Notes: generated by a model not told the origin, from the sequence alone. DNA of 64,000 bases from Pyrinomonadaceae bacterium (GCA_046313635.1 JBKBYA010000002.1:64001-128000); one strand, 5' to 3'; shown: positions 46,709-60,659, counted from the first letter of the stretch. A program made the numbers and translations.

Positions 46709-48541
46709 TCAGTTTCGGCTGCCGTAAAAGTCGACATTCTCGGCGTTGCCGATGACGAAGACGCTTCGCTGCTCAAAGTCGTACTTTTTGTGCTCGGCGG
46801 TGAGCGTGTAGCCGCGGCCCGTCGCGAGATTGTCGAAGCGGTAATTGCCCGCCGCGTCGGTCGTCGTCTGGCGGCGCGTGCCGAGCTGGTCGACGATCGT
46901 TACGACGGCCTTGTTTATGCCTTTGCCGTCCGGCGTGAGCACGCGTCCCGAGACGGCGGCCGTCGGCAGCACGGGGCCGGTGCCGTACTGCGTGACCGTA
47001 AAAAGGCGGCCGGCGATATTCAGCGTCGCGGTGCGCGGCGCGAGGTCGAAGTTCGGCAGGACGGTGTACGAGACAGAGCCCGCGCCGGCCCCGGGATCGG
47101 ATGTGACGACCACCCAGGGCTGATTGGAGTATCCGGCAAAGCCGCAGTTCGTCGCCGACGAAACATTGATCGAGCCGCTGCCGCCCGAGACCTGAAAGCT
47201 CGCCGACTGAGAAGACAAATTGAACGTGCAGACGGTCGGGCTCGCGATCGCGCGTGCGACGTTTATGCGCCCGCCCGTGACGGTCAGGCCGAGCCACTGC
47301 GGCAGCACGTCGACGGTATTCATCAGCGTCGCCTTGATCGATGCCGCCGAGAGCCCCGGATGCGCCGCCGCGAGCAGTGCGGCCGCGCCGGCCGTGTGGG
47401 GCGTCGACATCGAAGTTCCGCTGAATCGGGCGTAGCCGCCGCCGACAACGGTGCTCAGAATGCCGACGCCCGGCGCCGCGACGTCGACGGTCGTCGCTCC
47501 GTAGTGCGAAAAGGATGCGCGATTGTCATTCTGGTCCGACGCCGCGACGGTGAGAATGCTCGGGCTGTTGTAGCTGCCCGGATATGTTGGCAGACGGTCG
47601 TTGTCCTCTTCTTCGTTGACCGTCAGCTGATTGCCGGCGGCAAAGACGTTGAGCACCCCGGCGCGGCCCGCGGCGTCGATCGCGTCCTTCAGCGCTTGGT
47701 CGTATGTGCCGGCCTCGGGCGGCCCGCCGTAGCTGTTGCTCGTCGCGCGTATGTTGACGCCGCGATTCCGCATCATCGTCACGTAGCCGAAAGTGTTGAT
47801 AAGCGAGACCGACGTCGAGCCGCCGACCGTGTCGTCGTGCGTCTTGAGCGGCATTATTTTGACATTCCAATTGACGCCCGCGACGCCGATGCCGTTATTG
47901 CCGACGCCGCCGATCGTGCCCGAGCAGTGCGTGCCGTGATCGTGACCGTCGGCCGGGTCGTTGTCCATATTCAAAAAGTCCCAGCCCGACACGTCGTCGA
48001 CAAAGCCGTTCTGGTCGTCGTCGACGCCGTTAGATGGGATCTCGGCCGGATTCTGCCAGACATTTGCCGCGAGGTCGGGATGCGTGCGGTCGATGCCCGT
48101 GTCGATGACCGCGACGACCACGTTCGGGTCGCCGGTCGTCACGTCCCAGGCCTGCGGCGCGGCGATCTTGAGCATTCCGTAAAGCTGTCCAAACTGTTCG
48201 TCGTTGGGAGTGGCGGCGAGGTAGTAGATGAAGTTGGGCTGGACGTTCTCGACGTTCGGGTCGGCGCGGTAGAGCGCGATCGCGTCGTCCATCGCGATGT
48301 TGTCAGGCAGCTTGACGTGCTGCCAGCGCAGTTCGGGAAAATCCGTCTCGACGCGCGCGCCGAGCCGGTCGTTCAGCGAACGCACCGAATTCTCGTCCTT
48401 GTATCTGACCAGCAATTCGCCGGGCACATGCCGCGGCTGCTTAGCGGCCTCGCCTCTTGTCGGGCTGCCCGCACCGAAGTCAGCAAAATGAACGATCGCC
48501 ATCAACGCGACGGCGGCTATCAGTATCCACGATCTTTTCAT
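46709..48541 (-). CDS. S8 (subtilisin-like) serine peptidase with BACON-like and carboxypeptidase-regulatory-like C-terminal domains
   Basis: Catalytic triad VAVIDTG / HGTHCSG / SGTSMSTP; AAGN oxyanion motif; signal peptide. Confidence 0.95.
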   Translation of the reverse strand: MKRSWILIAAVALMAIVHFADFGAGSPTRGEAAKQPRHVPGELLVRYKDENSVRSLNDRLGARVETDFPELRWQHVKLPDNIAMDDAIALYRADPNVENVQPNFIYYLAATPNDEQFGQLYGMLKIAAPQAWDVTTGDPNVVVAVIDTGIDRTHPDLAANVWQNPAEIPSNGVDDDQNGFVDDVSGWDFLNMDNDPADGHDHGTHCSGTIGGVGNNGIGVAGVNWNVKIMPLKTHDDTVGGSTSVSLINTFGYVTMMRNRGVNIRATSNSYGGPPEAGTYDQALKDAIDAAGRAGVLNVFAAGNQLTVNEEEDNDRLPTYPGSYNSPSILTVAASDQNDNRASFSHYGATTVDVAAPGVGILSTVVGGGYARFSGTSMSTPHTAGAAALLAAAHPGLSAASIKATLMNTVDVLPQWLGLTVTGGRINVARAIASPTVCTFNLSSQSASFQVSGGSGSINVSSATNCGFAGYSNQPWVVVTSDPGAGAGSVSYTVLPNFDLAPRTATLNIAGRLFTVTQYGTGPVLPTAAVSGRVLTPDGKGINKAVVTIVDQLGTRRQTTTDAAGNYRFDNLATGRGYTLTAEHKKYDFEQRSVFVIGNAENVDFYGSRN

Positions 48542-48689
48542 CACACTCCCCTTGCAAGCGGCCACGGGAGAGAGCTCGCCGGCGTATGAGAGAAGTGTGC
48601 GATCGAGTGGTTGAGCTTTTCTTGAAAGCGGTCAGAACCGCCTGCTGACCAAGGCGGTTCTGACGGCGAGTCGGCTGACCTTGCGGGAA

Positions 48690-49145
48690 CTATCGACTTG
48701 GTTCGAGTACGATCTCGCGGGCCATGCGGTCGGCGAGCACCTCGCGGATCTCGAGACGGTCGCGATAGCCTTGCCGCTGCTTTTCGTCGTTGCCGATGAC
48801 GGTCTGCAGCAGGGCATCGGTCTTGTCGAGATTTTTCTCGTACGTCGCGAGGTCCTTGTATTCGGTCATCAGCATCAGGTTAAAGTCGCCCGTGCCGTGG
48901 CTTTCGGTCTGAAGGACCTTGTAAGAGATGATCATCCCTTCCTTCTTGAGCGCCTCCTGCTCACGCTTCCAGTCGCCGGCGACGTAGTTGAGATATGCCG
49001 TGTCCATGCCGGGCTTCATCCTGATAAATCCGATGCTCCAGACCGTGCCGTTGCGGTACGGACGGTTGACCTGCGCCACGACCACGATGCTCAGAGCCAA
49101 CACCAGAAGGCTCAACAAACCCATCAGTACGCGATTCCTTTTCAT
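48690..49145 (-). CDS. Exported hypothetical protein (possibly NIPSNAP-like dimeric alpha-beta barrel)
   Basis: SD GAGGAG; signal peptide; IRMKPG...YL...G.IISYKV...LMLMTEY. Confidence 0.7.
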   Translation of the reverse strand: MKRNRVLMGLLSLLVLALSIVVVAQVNRPYRNGTVWSIGFIRMKPGMDTAYLNYVAGDWKREQEALKKEGMIISYKVLQTESHGTGDFNLMLMTEYKDLATYEKNLDKTDALLQTVIGNDEKQRQGYRDRLEIREVLADRMAREIVLEPSR

Positions 49146-49385
49146 GATCTCTCCTCGTTTCTTGCAGAGTTGAGTGGAATGCAAACGGAGTGTCATCGCG
49201 GCCCCACTCGTCCCAGTCCGCGAACTCCACGAAGGATCGGCAATCCAGGCAGCCGACCGTGCGGGAGGTCTTCGCCCACGCGGCACGACCCGCGAGACGG
49301 CGAAAACATTCAGTACTGGATGGAATGCCTTGAAATTGCTCTCATCCGCCCCGGAAGTCAAGACCCCAATTAGGCAAACAAAAAA

Positions 49386-49430
49386 GCCTCGCCAAAATGA
49401 CGAGGCCTAGTGTGCCTATCCGGTCCGTGA
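49386..49430. repeat. Degenerate third copy of the groEL downstream terminator region
   Basis: gcctcgccaaaatgacgaggcc matches 51257-51278 at 21/22 nt, followed by gtgcctat...cgtga as at 53548-53567. Confidence 0.7.
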
Positions 49431-49671
49431 GTTGGGGTCACATTGGTCCCTGTCGGAAGGACAGTCCGTCGCAAAGTGCCCCGACCCCCGGGATACGTTG
49501 AGAAGCCTGCCCAGAACATATGTCGCCCTCCCGTCGTCGAAGTCTAAAATGTTCGCGAATGGGCCGTCCGGGATTGCAAATTAACGCACTGTTTAAGTAG
49601 AGTTTTCTCATCGCGGACTCGGCTCACCCAAGTCTGCCGCCAACTAAAACATCAAAGGAAAGGAAGATTTC

Positions 49672-51057
49672 ATGATCGAGAAACGGAGTCTTTTTGCGGT
49701 CTTGGCGCTCAGTGCGTTTGCGATCGCAATGTTTGTTCATGTCGCATCGGGGCAGACGACCAAGAAGAAACCAGTGATAACCAAGCAGCCGGCCGAAAAA
49801 GCCGGTCCGAAGAGTCTGCATGCGGCGCTGGCAGTGGATAGAACGAACGGATTCTATTATGGATTCTCTTTCGACCACCCATCTATCGAGGCAGCTGATC
49901 AGCGGGCGCTCGACGAGTGTACGAAGCGTGGAGGCAGCTGTGCCGTCGTTCTCTCATGGGCCGGAACCGGATGCGGGGCATACCGGACCGTTGCAGCCAA
50001 TGTCGGGACCGCTTACGGATGGGGCGTTGCCGCAACAAAAGAAGAGGCGGACAAAATAGCGACCGAGGAGGCTAGACGCAGGAGCAAAGGGCAACCGGTA
50101 CCGAATTTTGTCTATGCGTGCAATTCTGCTACGCCCGCAGCTCTAGATGTCTTCAGGAACGACGCGACACATACACATCAGATCACTGCTCTCCAGTTCT
50201 CGCCGGACGGCAAGACGCTCGGCTCAGGCAGCTATGACGGTACCGCGCGGCTCTGGAGCCTTACTCGCGGCACCATGCTCAGATCATTTACCGCCGTTAC
50301 CAACGTGGACGATGTTTTCTTTATGAACAACGGCGGACTGTTTGGCTTTCTAGCGGGCAGCCAGATCGCGATTCATGACGCGGCGACGGGCGACGAGCTC
50401 AAAAAGCTGCCGGCGCCCAAGGAGGGCATTAGCTCGGCTAGTCTATCCGCCGACGAAACTACGTTTTCCACGCAAGGATATGAGTCTATCGCTCGATGGA
50501 ATGCCGCCTCGCTCGCGAGGTTCTCATATTTTCGGTTGGGGGCCATCCGGCCCGTTGTTTTTTCCCGCGACGCCCGCCTTGCTGTCTATGGTTTGATGGG
50601 CGGCGGGATCGAGATCGCCGACGCTGCTACCGGCAACCGGATAAGGTCGCTGCAGGGACACCCTGGGCAGGGGCTCGACAATGTCCAGGCTCTCGCTATA
50701 TCGCCCGACAGCCAGTTCATTGCATCGTCCGGGCGTGACAGGGCGATCCAGATCTGGAGCGTAGCCTCCGGATCGAAGATCAAAACACTTCAGGGACATG
50801 GGGACAGAATCCAGGACCTTGTTTTCTCGCCCGATGGCAGAATACTTGCATCGGGGGCGAATGATAAGTTAGTCAAGCTTTGGGATGTTAACTCGGGAGC
50901 TCTATTAGCTACCCTCAACGGGCACACCGATTGGGTCGTCGCCCTCGCCTTCTCGGCTGACGGCCGAATGCTTGCCTCGGGCGGGAATACCGCGGACAGA
51001 ACGATTCGAATTTGGGACGTCTCAACCGGCAAAGAGATCCGGGTCCTGAGCAAATGA
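49672..51057 (+). CDS. Exported DUF4189-like plus WD40-repeat protein
   Basis: Signal peptide; A...AL.EC...C.V....GCGA Cys-containing N-domain; repeats GH...V..L.FSPDG..LASG..D..V.LWD. Confidence 0.85.
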   Translation: MIEKRSLFAVLALSAFAIAMFVHVASGQTTKKKPVITKQPAEKAGPKSLHAALAVDRTNGFYYGFSFDHPSIEAADQRALDECTKRGGSCAVVLSWAGTGCGAYRTVAANVGTAYGWGVAATKEEADKIATEEARRRSKGQPVPNFVYACNSATPAALDVFRNDATHTHQITALQFSPDGKTLGSGSYDGTARLWSLTRGTMLRSFTAVTNVDDVFFMNNGGLFGFLAGSQIAIHDAATGDELKKLPAPKEGISSASLSADETTFSTQGYESIARWNAASLARFSYFRLGAIRPVVFSRDARLAVYGLMGGGIEIADAATGNRIRSLQGHPGQGLDNVQALAISPDSQFIASSGRDRAIQIWSVASGSKIKTLQGHGDRIQDLVFSPDGRILASGANDKLVKLWDVNSGALLATLNGHTDWVVALAFSADGRMLASGGNTADRTIRIWDVSTGKEIRVLSK

Positions 51058-51256
51058 CCTTCCATCCGAAAGATCGGTTCAAGGCCCTATCGGAGCCTAC
51101 TCTCAGAACGCGTGCCACTAGCTACAAAAAGGCCTCGGCGGTTGCCGAAGCCTTTTGATTTTGGGGAGGCTGCAAACTACGCTCGCGGCCAGAGGTGGGC
51201 CGGCCGCGCGGCGGCGGCCGAGGTCGGCCTCCTTCCGCTCCGTGTAATTGAATAGG

Positions 51257-51464
51257 GCCTCACCAAAATGACGAGGCCCTTTAGGCCTATGTCGAGATCG
51301 TGAATTTCCGATCCCGTCTCTGCCTAAAGGGAAGTCGTGACGCGGCGAGCGGAACTTCGCACTCCGCGTTCGTACCACATTCCCATCCCGCCCATGCCGC
51401 CTTCCGGTTTGTCGTCCGTAAGCTCGGAGATCATCGCCTCGGTTGTGAGCATCCTGCCGGCGAT
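51257..51464 (-). repeat. Direct-repeat copy of the groEL 3' end and downstream terminator (att-like scar)
   Basis: 51377-51464 encodes [29 protein letters not shown] versus Gro[37 protein letters not shown]; 51285-51335 matches 53550-53600 at 46/51 nt. Confidence 0.92.
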
Positions 51465-51475
51465 GGGGCCGCTCG

Positions 51476-53436
51476 TTATCTCGGGCCGTTTGCAGCGGCG
51501 GGGGCACCGGCACAACGAGATTCGATCTTGCCGCCACGCTTGACGAGCTCAGCTTCGAACTTTGCCGCCTCGTTCTTTTGCCCGAGAGCGCAGTGCGACC
51601 AGGCGAGTGTCTGGTACGCCAAACGCTCGATCGAGGCGTCCTTTTTCGTGAGCAACGGGAGGCCTTTGTTTACGGCCTCGATAGATCTGTCGTAGCTCTT
51701 CATATAGAAGAGAAGGTTGCCGCGATACACGTGACCGATGCCGTAGTTGGGGTCGAGCTTAAGTCCGTCGTTAAATGCAGCGAGGCTCATTGCCTGATCG
51801 CCAAGCCTGGCGTATGCCACACCCGCGATCGTGTATGGCTCAGCAGCTTTCGTGTCTAACAACCTGGCCGCCCAGGCAGAAAGTAGAGCCATTCCATACG
51901 CACCATCATAAAGATAGCCCCATCCTTCCGCATTCAGTTCCGCGGCCGACGGAACTCCGAGCGACTTTGCCTTCGTCAGATCATCGTACCGCGCATCGTG
52001 GCGGCCTATCATCCCGTTGAATCCCGCTCGGTAGGCAAGGTATTTCGCCCGCAGCGCGGTCTCTTGAAGCATCTCGGCCGTCTTAATGGCTTCCCCAAGA
52101 GCCTGCATAGCGGGTTCGTACTCTTTTCGCTCGAAGCCGATCGAAGCGCCGAGAGCGTAGGCCTCAGGATGGACCTCGTTCGCGAGCATAATGACGTTCT
52201 CGAGATCCTCAACGGCCTCATCCGTTTTTCGCAGGCCAAGATAGATCCTCGCCCGCAGAAACCGATAGCTTTCGTTATTCGGAGCCGCGGCGATCGCTTT
52301 ATTTACCGCCGCTAACGCACGGGAGAACTCGCGCTTGTTGAACTGGTCGCGTGCCTCATCAAACTCCCACCAGCCCTTTGGAAACTCAGCGGGCTTTTTC
52401 GCAGGAGTCGCGGCAGGCACGGGGGCGGGCTTTTTCGCTGGCGTCGCTGCTGTCGCGGCGGCGGAACTGCACGGCTTCGTCACCTGGCCTCCAAGCTTGA
52501 GCACTTCCGCCTCGTCCGCTGCCGCTTCCTTCCTTTTCCCCAACGAGCAATATACAGAGGCGCGGAGAGTGAAGGCCTCACGCTTATTCCGCCGGTCCCA
52601 CTCCCTCAAGGTAGTGTTCGGCCGGTCGATGACGAATGTCGCGTCCCTTATCGCCTCGTCAGTCTTCCAAGCAAAAAGGCAAGCTCTCCGCGATGGACGT
52701 ACAACCTTTCGTCGCGCCCGCGTAGACCATCTTTTAGAAGAAGGTCGAGGTTGCGGTAAGCTTCCTCCGTTTTACCGAGTCTGATCCATACGGCGGAGCG
52801 ATTGCGTTCGTACTCGATCCGATGATCCGCGACGAGCGCATTAGTGAAATCCTCAAGGGCGGATTCGAGCTTTCCTTCCTCCATCTTCAGTTTTCCGCGA
52901 AGGTTATACGCGCTCGAAGCACGGTTCGAAGTTGCGATCGCAAGCTCGATGTCCGGAAGGGCGAGATCCTTGCGTCCATTCATCAGGTGGCACTCGGCCC
53001 TATCAGCGAGGATGTATCCCCTTGACCTCGAATCCCAGCCTTTCCACGCCAGCGAGGCGGTATAGTCGCTAATGGCATCCGCATATCGTCCCGACCGGCA
53101 AAATGCATTTGCACGCGCACGATATCTGCGATGCAACGAATCGGGTTTCGAGGTCTTGAGTGTCAGGGTATATTCATCGCCCGCTTCTTTGTACCTGCCA
53201 AGATCGAATAGCAGTCGCGCCCGCAATTCGTAGAAATCCGGCAGGTAGAGTTCTCTCAGGACCAGTTTGTTCTCGCGGGCAAGGCTTATGGCTTTATCGA
53301 TCTCGACGAGGGCCTGGACGTTGTCGTTGTAATGGAGACTGAGCGCCTTTTCGTAATGATCATACGCCGTCTGAGCGCCAATGGAATTTGCGAAAACGAG
53401 GCCCGTAAGGAAACAGGCATAAAGATAGGATCTCAT
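51476..53436 (-). pseudogene. Exported TPR-repeat protein split by a 1-nt frameshift near 52665
   Basis: ORFs 53436-52648 and 52609-51476 are both TPR-like; adding one A restores ...LLGKTDEAIRDATFVIDRPNTTLREW...; could be a sequencing error. Confidence 0.75.
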
Positions 53437-53516
53437 GGGATATTATTCTTAAATCCTCCGAAGATCTTCGAGGCTGAGTGGCGGAATAATAGACTTCGGA
53501 CGGCCTGGTTGTAAAG

Positions 53517-53547
53517 CAAAAGGCCCCGCCGACCGGCGAGGCCTTTT
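53517..53547 (-). terminator. groEL terminator
   Basis: aaaaggccccgcc-gacc-ggcgaggcctttt hairpin downstream of groEL. Confidence 0.75.
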
Positions 53548-53599
53548 GTGCCTATGTCGAGATCGTGAATTTCCGATCCCGTTTTTGCCTACCGGGAAA

Positions 53600-55353
<1,754 letters not shown>

Positions 55354-55355
<2 letters not shown>

Positions 55356-55671
55356 ACTTTGCCGATGCTCCGGCGCGCTCGATGATGCCGAGGATCTCGT
55401 CCTCACGCATGATCAGGAACTCCTCGCCGTCGAGCTTGATCTCGGATCCCGAATACTTGCCAAAAAGAACGCGGTCGCCCTCTCTGACGTCGAGTGTCTG
55501 GCGCGTACCATCTTCCTTGTACTTGCCCTCACCGACGGCGATCACCTCGCCCTCTTGCGGCTTCTCTTTGGCCGTATCGGGGATAAACAGGCCGCCGGCC
55601 GTCTGGTTGACGTTGTCCTCAATGCGACGAACGATGACACGATCGTGCAGTGGTTTGATCTTGGTTGCCAT
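55354..55671 (-). CDS. groES: Co-chaperonin GroES
   Basis: [36 protein letters not shown]. Confidence 0.99.
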
Positions 55672-55748
55672 AACTGATCTGCTCCTTTTTCAAATGTGTG
55701 ATTGGGGTTAAGATTGCCATCTGGACCTACGGCCGAGAAGTCGGGCTT

Positions 55749-55775
55749 CTAGCACTGTCTGTCCAAGAGTGCTAG
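55749..55775 (-). promoter_or_regulatory. CIRCE element (HrcA operator)
   Basis: CTAGCACTC-N9-CAGTGCTAG on the minus strand upstream of groES; consensus TTAGCACTC-N9-GAGTGCTAA. Confidence 0.9.
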
Positions 55776-55853
55776 TTTAGAAAACACGATTAAACCTGTC
55801 AAGGCCGAGAATTGTCGATTCAGAAAATCTGATAATGGTCCACTCATATTTGT

Positions 55854-56657
55854 GTGCGACTCTCGGAAATCAATATTTATCCTGTGAAGTCTCTCGGCGG
55901 CATCCGGCTGGACGAGGCCGTTGCCGAAGCCCGTGGACTGCGTTACGACCGCCGCTGGATGCTTGTCGACGGGGAGGGCCGGTTCCTCTCACAGCGGGAG
56001 CAGCCGCGAATGGCCGCGATACGCATACGCATGGACGGCGACGGCCTTGTCGCAAGTTGCGGAGCCGAGAGCGTCTTGGTCCCGTTCCCGGATCCGGGGC
56101 GAGAGCCCGACCGGCGGGTAAAGGTTTGGTCCAGCTCGGTCAAGGCGGTCTCGTACGATGAGGAAATAGACAGGTGGTTCTCGCAGGCGCTGGCGGTCGA
56201 CTGCCGCCTCGTCGCGATGACAGAGCGGTCGATACGGCGAGTGAATCCTTTTTATGCTGTGCGGAGATCTCAGGATCAGGTCAGCTTCGCCGACGGATAC
56301 CCGCTGCTGCTGACCGGGCAGGGCTCGCTCGACGAGCTCAATTCTCGCCTGAGCTCTCCCGTTACGATGGACCGGTTTCGGCCAAACCTCGTCGTCGAAG
56401 GTGCGGCTCCCTTTGCCGAGGACGAGTGGAAAAAGGTCAGGATAGGCTCGACCGTCTTTCACGTCGTCAAGCCGTGCGCGCGCTGCGTGATAACGACGAT
56501 CGATCAGGCGACCGGCGTCAAGACCGGGCCGGAGCCTCTCAAGACGCTGGCGACATTTCGCTCGCGGGGGAACAAGGTGATCTTTGGCCAAAATCTCATT
56601 TCGGACGAGCCGGGCGGCACGCTCGCTGTCGGCGACCCGGTCGAGGTGCTCGAATAG
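55854..56657 (+). CDS. MOSC domain protein (YcbX-like)
   Basis: IYPVKS; DRRWMLVD; FADGYP; RFRPNLVV; KPCARC. Confidence 0.93.
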   Translation: MRLSEINIYPVKSLGGIRLDEAVAEARGLRYDRRWMLVDGEGRFLSQREQPRMAAIRIRMDGDGLVASCGAESVLVPFPDPGREPDRRVKVWSSSVKAVSYDEEIDRWFSQALAVDCRLVAMTERSIRRVNPFYAVRRSQDQVSFADGYPLLLTGQGSLDELNSRLSSPVTMDRFRPNLVVEGAAPFAEDEWKKVRIGSTVFHVVKPCARCVITTIDQATGVKTGPEPLKTLATFRSRGNKVIFGQNLISDEPGGTLAVGDPVEVLE

Positions 56658-56682
56658 AAATCTCGCTGACCAAATAAAGCCG

Positions 56683-56955
56683 CTACTTCGAGCGGCTTTT
56701 TGATCGGTTTCCGTTTTTGGATCTCGAGACTTTTGCGGCGGCGCGTTGGTGGCCGTTGCCGTTGTAATGCGCCATTCGTTTGGAGAGAGTGTTGCGGTGG
56801 ATGCCGAGCGCCTCGGCGGTGTTTGAGAGATGCTGTCCGTTTCGCTTGAGAGCATTTTGGATATAGAGCTTTTCAAATTCCTCGACGGCCTCAGTCAGCA
56901 AAATTTTGCCGTCGAGCATCTCGGTCACAAGCTCTTCCATACGCTTTCTGATCAT
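56683..56955 (-). CDS. Stand-alone Fis-like HTH protein
   Basis: EFEKLYIQNALKRNGQHLSNTAEALGIHRNTLSKRM. Confidence 0.85.
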   Translation of the reverse strand: MIRKRMEELVTEMLDGKILLTEAVEEFEKLYIQNALKRNGQHLSNTAEALGIHRNTLSKRMAHYNGNGHQRAAAKVSRSKNGNRSKSRSK

Positions 56956-56980
56956 AGACTGCGGCGCAGCGAGGCGGCGA

Positions 56981-57886
56981 TCAATCCTGGTCGAGTTCTT
57001 CGCCCGTCAGGCGGCGATAGGCCTCGAGATAACGTTCTGTGGTTGCTTCAACGATCTCCGGCGGCAGCGGCGGAGCCGGAGGTTCCTTGTTCCAATCGAG
57101 AGTCTCAAGATACTCCCGTACGAACTGTTTGTCGAATGATGCCTGAGGGTGGCCCGGCTCATATGAATCGGCGTCCCAAAACCTGGACGAGTCGGGCGTC
57201 AGGAGCTCGTCGACCATGATGATCTCTCCGTCGGGTGTACGGCCGAATTCGAATTTTGTATCGGCGATGATGATGCCGCGCGTGAGAGCGTACTCGCTCG
57301 CCCGCGTGTAAACATCGAGAGACGTGGACTTCATCTGCGCGGCGACGTCGTGGCCGACGGTCTTGACCATTTCGAGCTGCGAGATGTTTTCGTCGTGGCC
57401 GGTCTTTGCCTTGGTCGAAGGCGTGAAGATCGGACGCAGCAGGCGGTCGCAATGCTGCAGGCCCTTTGGCAGGTCGTGACCGCATACGCTGCGCGACGCC
57501 TTATAGTCCTTCCAGCCGGAGCCCTCGAGGTAGCCGCGAACGACGCATTCGATCTCAAAGACCTCAGCCCGCCTGACGAGCATCGAGCGGCCGCGAAGTT
57601 CCGGATGGCGCCGCACGCGCTCGGGCATCTCTTCAAAATCCGCCGTGATGCAGTGATGGTTGAGCGTCGCGCCGAACTTCTTGAACCACCACGCCGACAT
57701 CGCCGTCAGCACCTTGCCCTTCATCGGGATCGGCGTCGGAAAGACGACGTCAAACGCCGACAACCGGTCGGTCGCGACCAGCAGCAGGCGCTCGTCGTCG
57801 ATCTCGTAAACGTCGCGCACCTTGCCGCGGTGAAGTAGCTTTAATTCTTCGATCGAGGTTTGAATTACCGTTTGTGCCGAAGCCAT
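56981..57886 (-). CDS. purC: Phosphoribosylaminoimidazole-succinocarboxamide synthase
   Basis: [46 protein letters not shown]. Confidence 0.98.
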   Translation of the reverse strand: MASAQTVIQTSIEELKLLHRGKVRDVYEIDDERLLLVATDRLSAFDVVFPTPIPMKGKVLTAMSAWWFKKFGATLNHHCITADFEEMPERVRRHPELRGRSMLVRRAEVFEIECVVRGYLEGSGWKDYKASRSVCGHDLPKGLQHCDRLLRPIFTPSTKAKTGHDENISQLEMVKTVGHDVAAQMKSTSLDVYTRASEYALTRGIIIADTKFEFGRTPDGEIIMVDELLTPDSSRFWDADSYEPGHPQASFDKQFVREYLETLDWNKEPPAPPLPPEIVEATTERYLEAYRRLTGEELDQD

Positions 57887-58010
57887 ATATGGGACAGAGC
57901 CTTTCGTACTGGACAGACCTATTATGAAGCTTCGGATTCTTAAAGAAAAGGGAGCTCGGGTCTGCGGCGGCCGTCTTCACCCGGCCTGGAATTTTCGCTA
58001 TGCTCTAAGT

Positions 58011-59999
<1,989 letters not shown>

Positions 60000-60084
60000 T
60001 CTTGCATCGGGTATAACCGCGGTGTGTTTGGCAGCGGAATGAGAAGCTGCGTTCACGAATCGTGCTTCGCGAGAAATAGCGGCA

Positions 60085-60659
60085 TTTTTGGCAGCGGATG
60101 AAGCGGATGGGGCGGATGAGACGGATAAGAAAATTATTGGCAATTGATTGGAGGTCGATGTGATATCTTTTGTCGACTGTGAGCAGCTTGATGATCGAAG
60201 AAGAAGAACTTACCGGCCGCATTATCAACGTCTTCTATAAAGTCTACAACGCGCTGGGCTACGGCTTTTTGGAGCGTGTCTACCAAAATGCGATGGTCAT
60301 CGAGCTCGCCAGCCAGGGCCTCGTCGTCGAAACGGAGAAAACGATCAGCGTCTTTTACAACGGGAGACTCGTCGGCAGCTTCGCGGCCGATCTCATTGTT
60401 GAAGACAAGGTGATCCTTGAACTGAAAGCGAAAGAAACGATCGCTGACGCGCACGTGGCTCAGCTAACGAATTATCTGCGTTCGACACACTTGGAGGTTG
60501 GCCTGCTCCTGAATTTCGGAAGGAGGCCGGAATTCAAGAGACGATATTTTCCAAATTCAAACAAAAACACGTCTGACGGTTCGGATCCGGGGCTCCTCAA
60601 CAGTCTTTTGTCTTAGGATACGTCCCATCCGTCCCATCCGCTTCATCCGCTGCCAAAAA
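60085..60659. mobile_element. Putative mobile cassette: GxxExxY gene enclosed by 39-bp inverted repeats of 9-bp units
   Basis: 60085-60123 tttttggcagcggatgaagcggatggggcggatgagacg matches the reverse complement of 60621-60659 at 37/39 nt. Confidence 0.6.
60191..60616 (+). CDS. GxxExxY protein (PD-(D/E)XK nuclease superfamily)
   Basis: LGYGFLERVY (GxxExxY); ADLIVEDKVILELKA; HVAQLTNYL; GLLLNFG. Confidence 0.93.
   Translation: MIEEEELTGRIINVFYKVYNALGYGFLERVYQNAMVIELASQGLVVETEKTISVFYNGRLVGSFAADLIVEDKVILELKAKETIADAHVAQLTNYLRSTHLEVGLLLNFGRRPEFKRRYFPNSNKNTSDGSDPGLLNSLLS

Noticed and set aside
49431..49485. SRP (4.5S) RNA or c-di-GMP riboswitch
   Set aside because: It has a GGAA-containing loop and a GCAAAG, but lacks the SRP CAGG...GGAA...AGCA internal-loop motif and the GEMM architecture
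49370..49521. 49-codon minus-strand ORF (MFWAGFSTYPGG...) with an SD-like GGGAGG
   Set aside because: It runs through the hairpin and terminator copy and has no recognisable features; not enough support for a CDS
51324..51515. 63-aa ORF as a real mini-chaperonin gene
   Set aside because: It is the duplicated groEL tail read from an arbitrary start inside the TPR gene; better explained as an att-like scar
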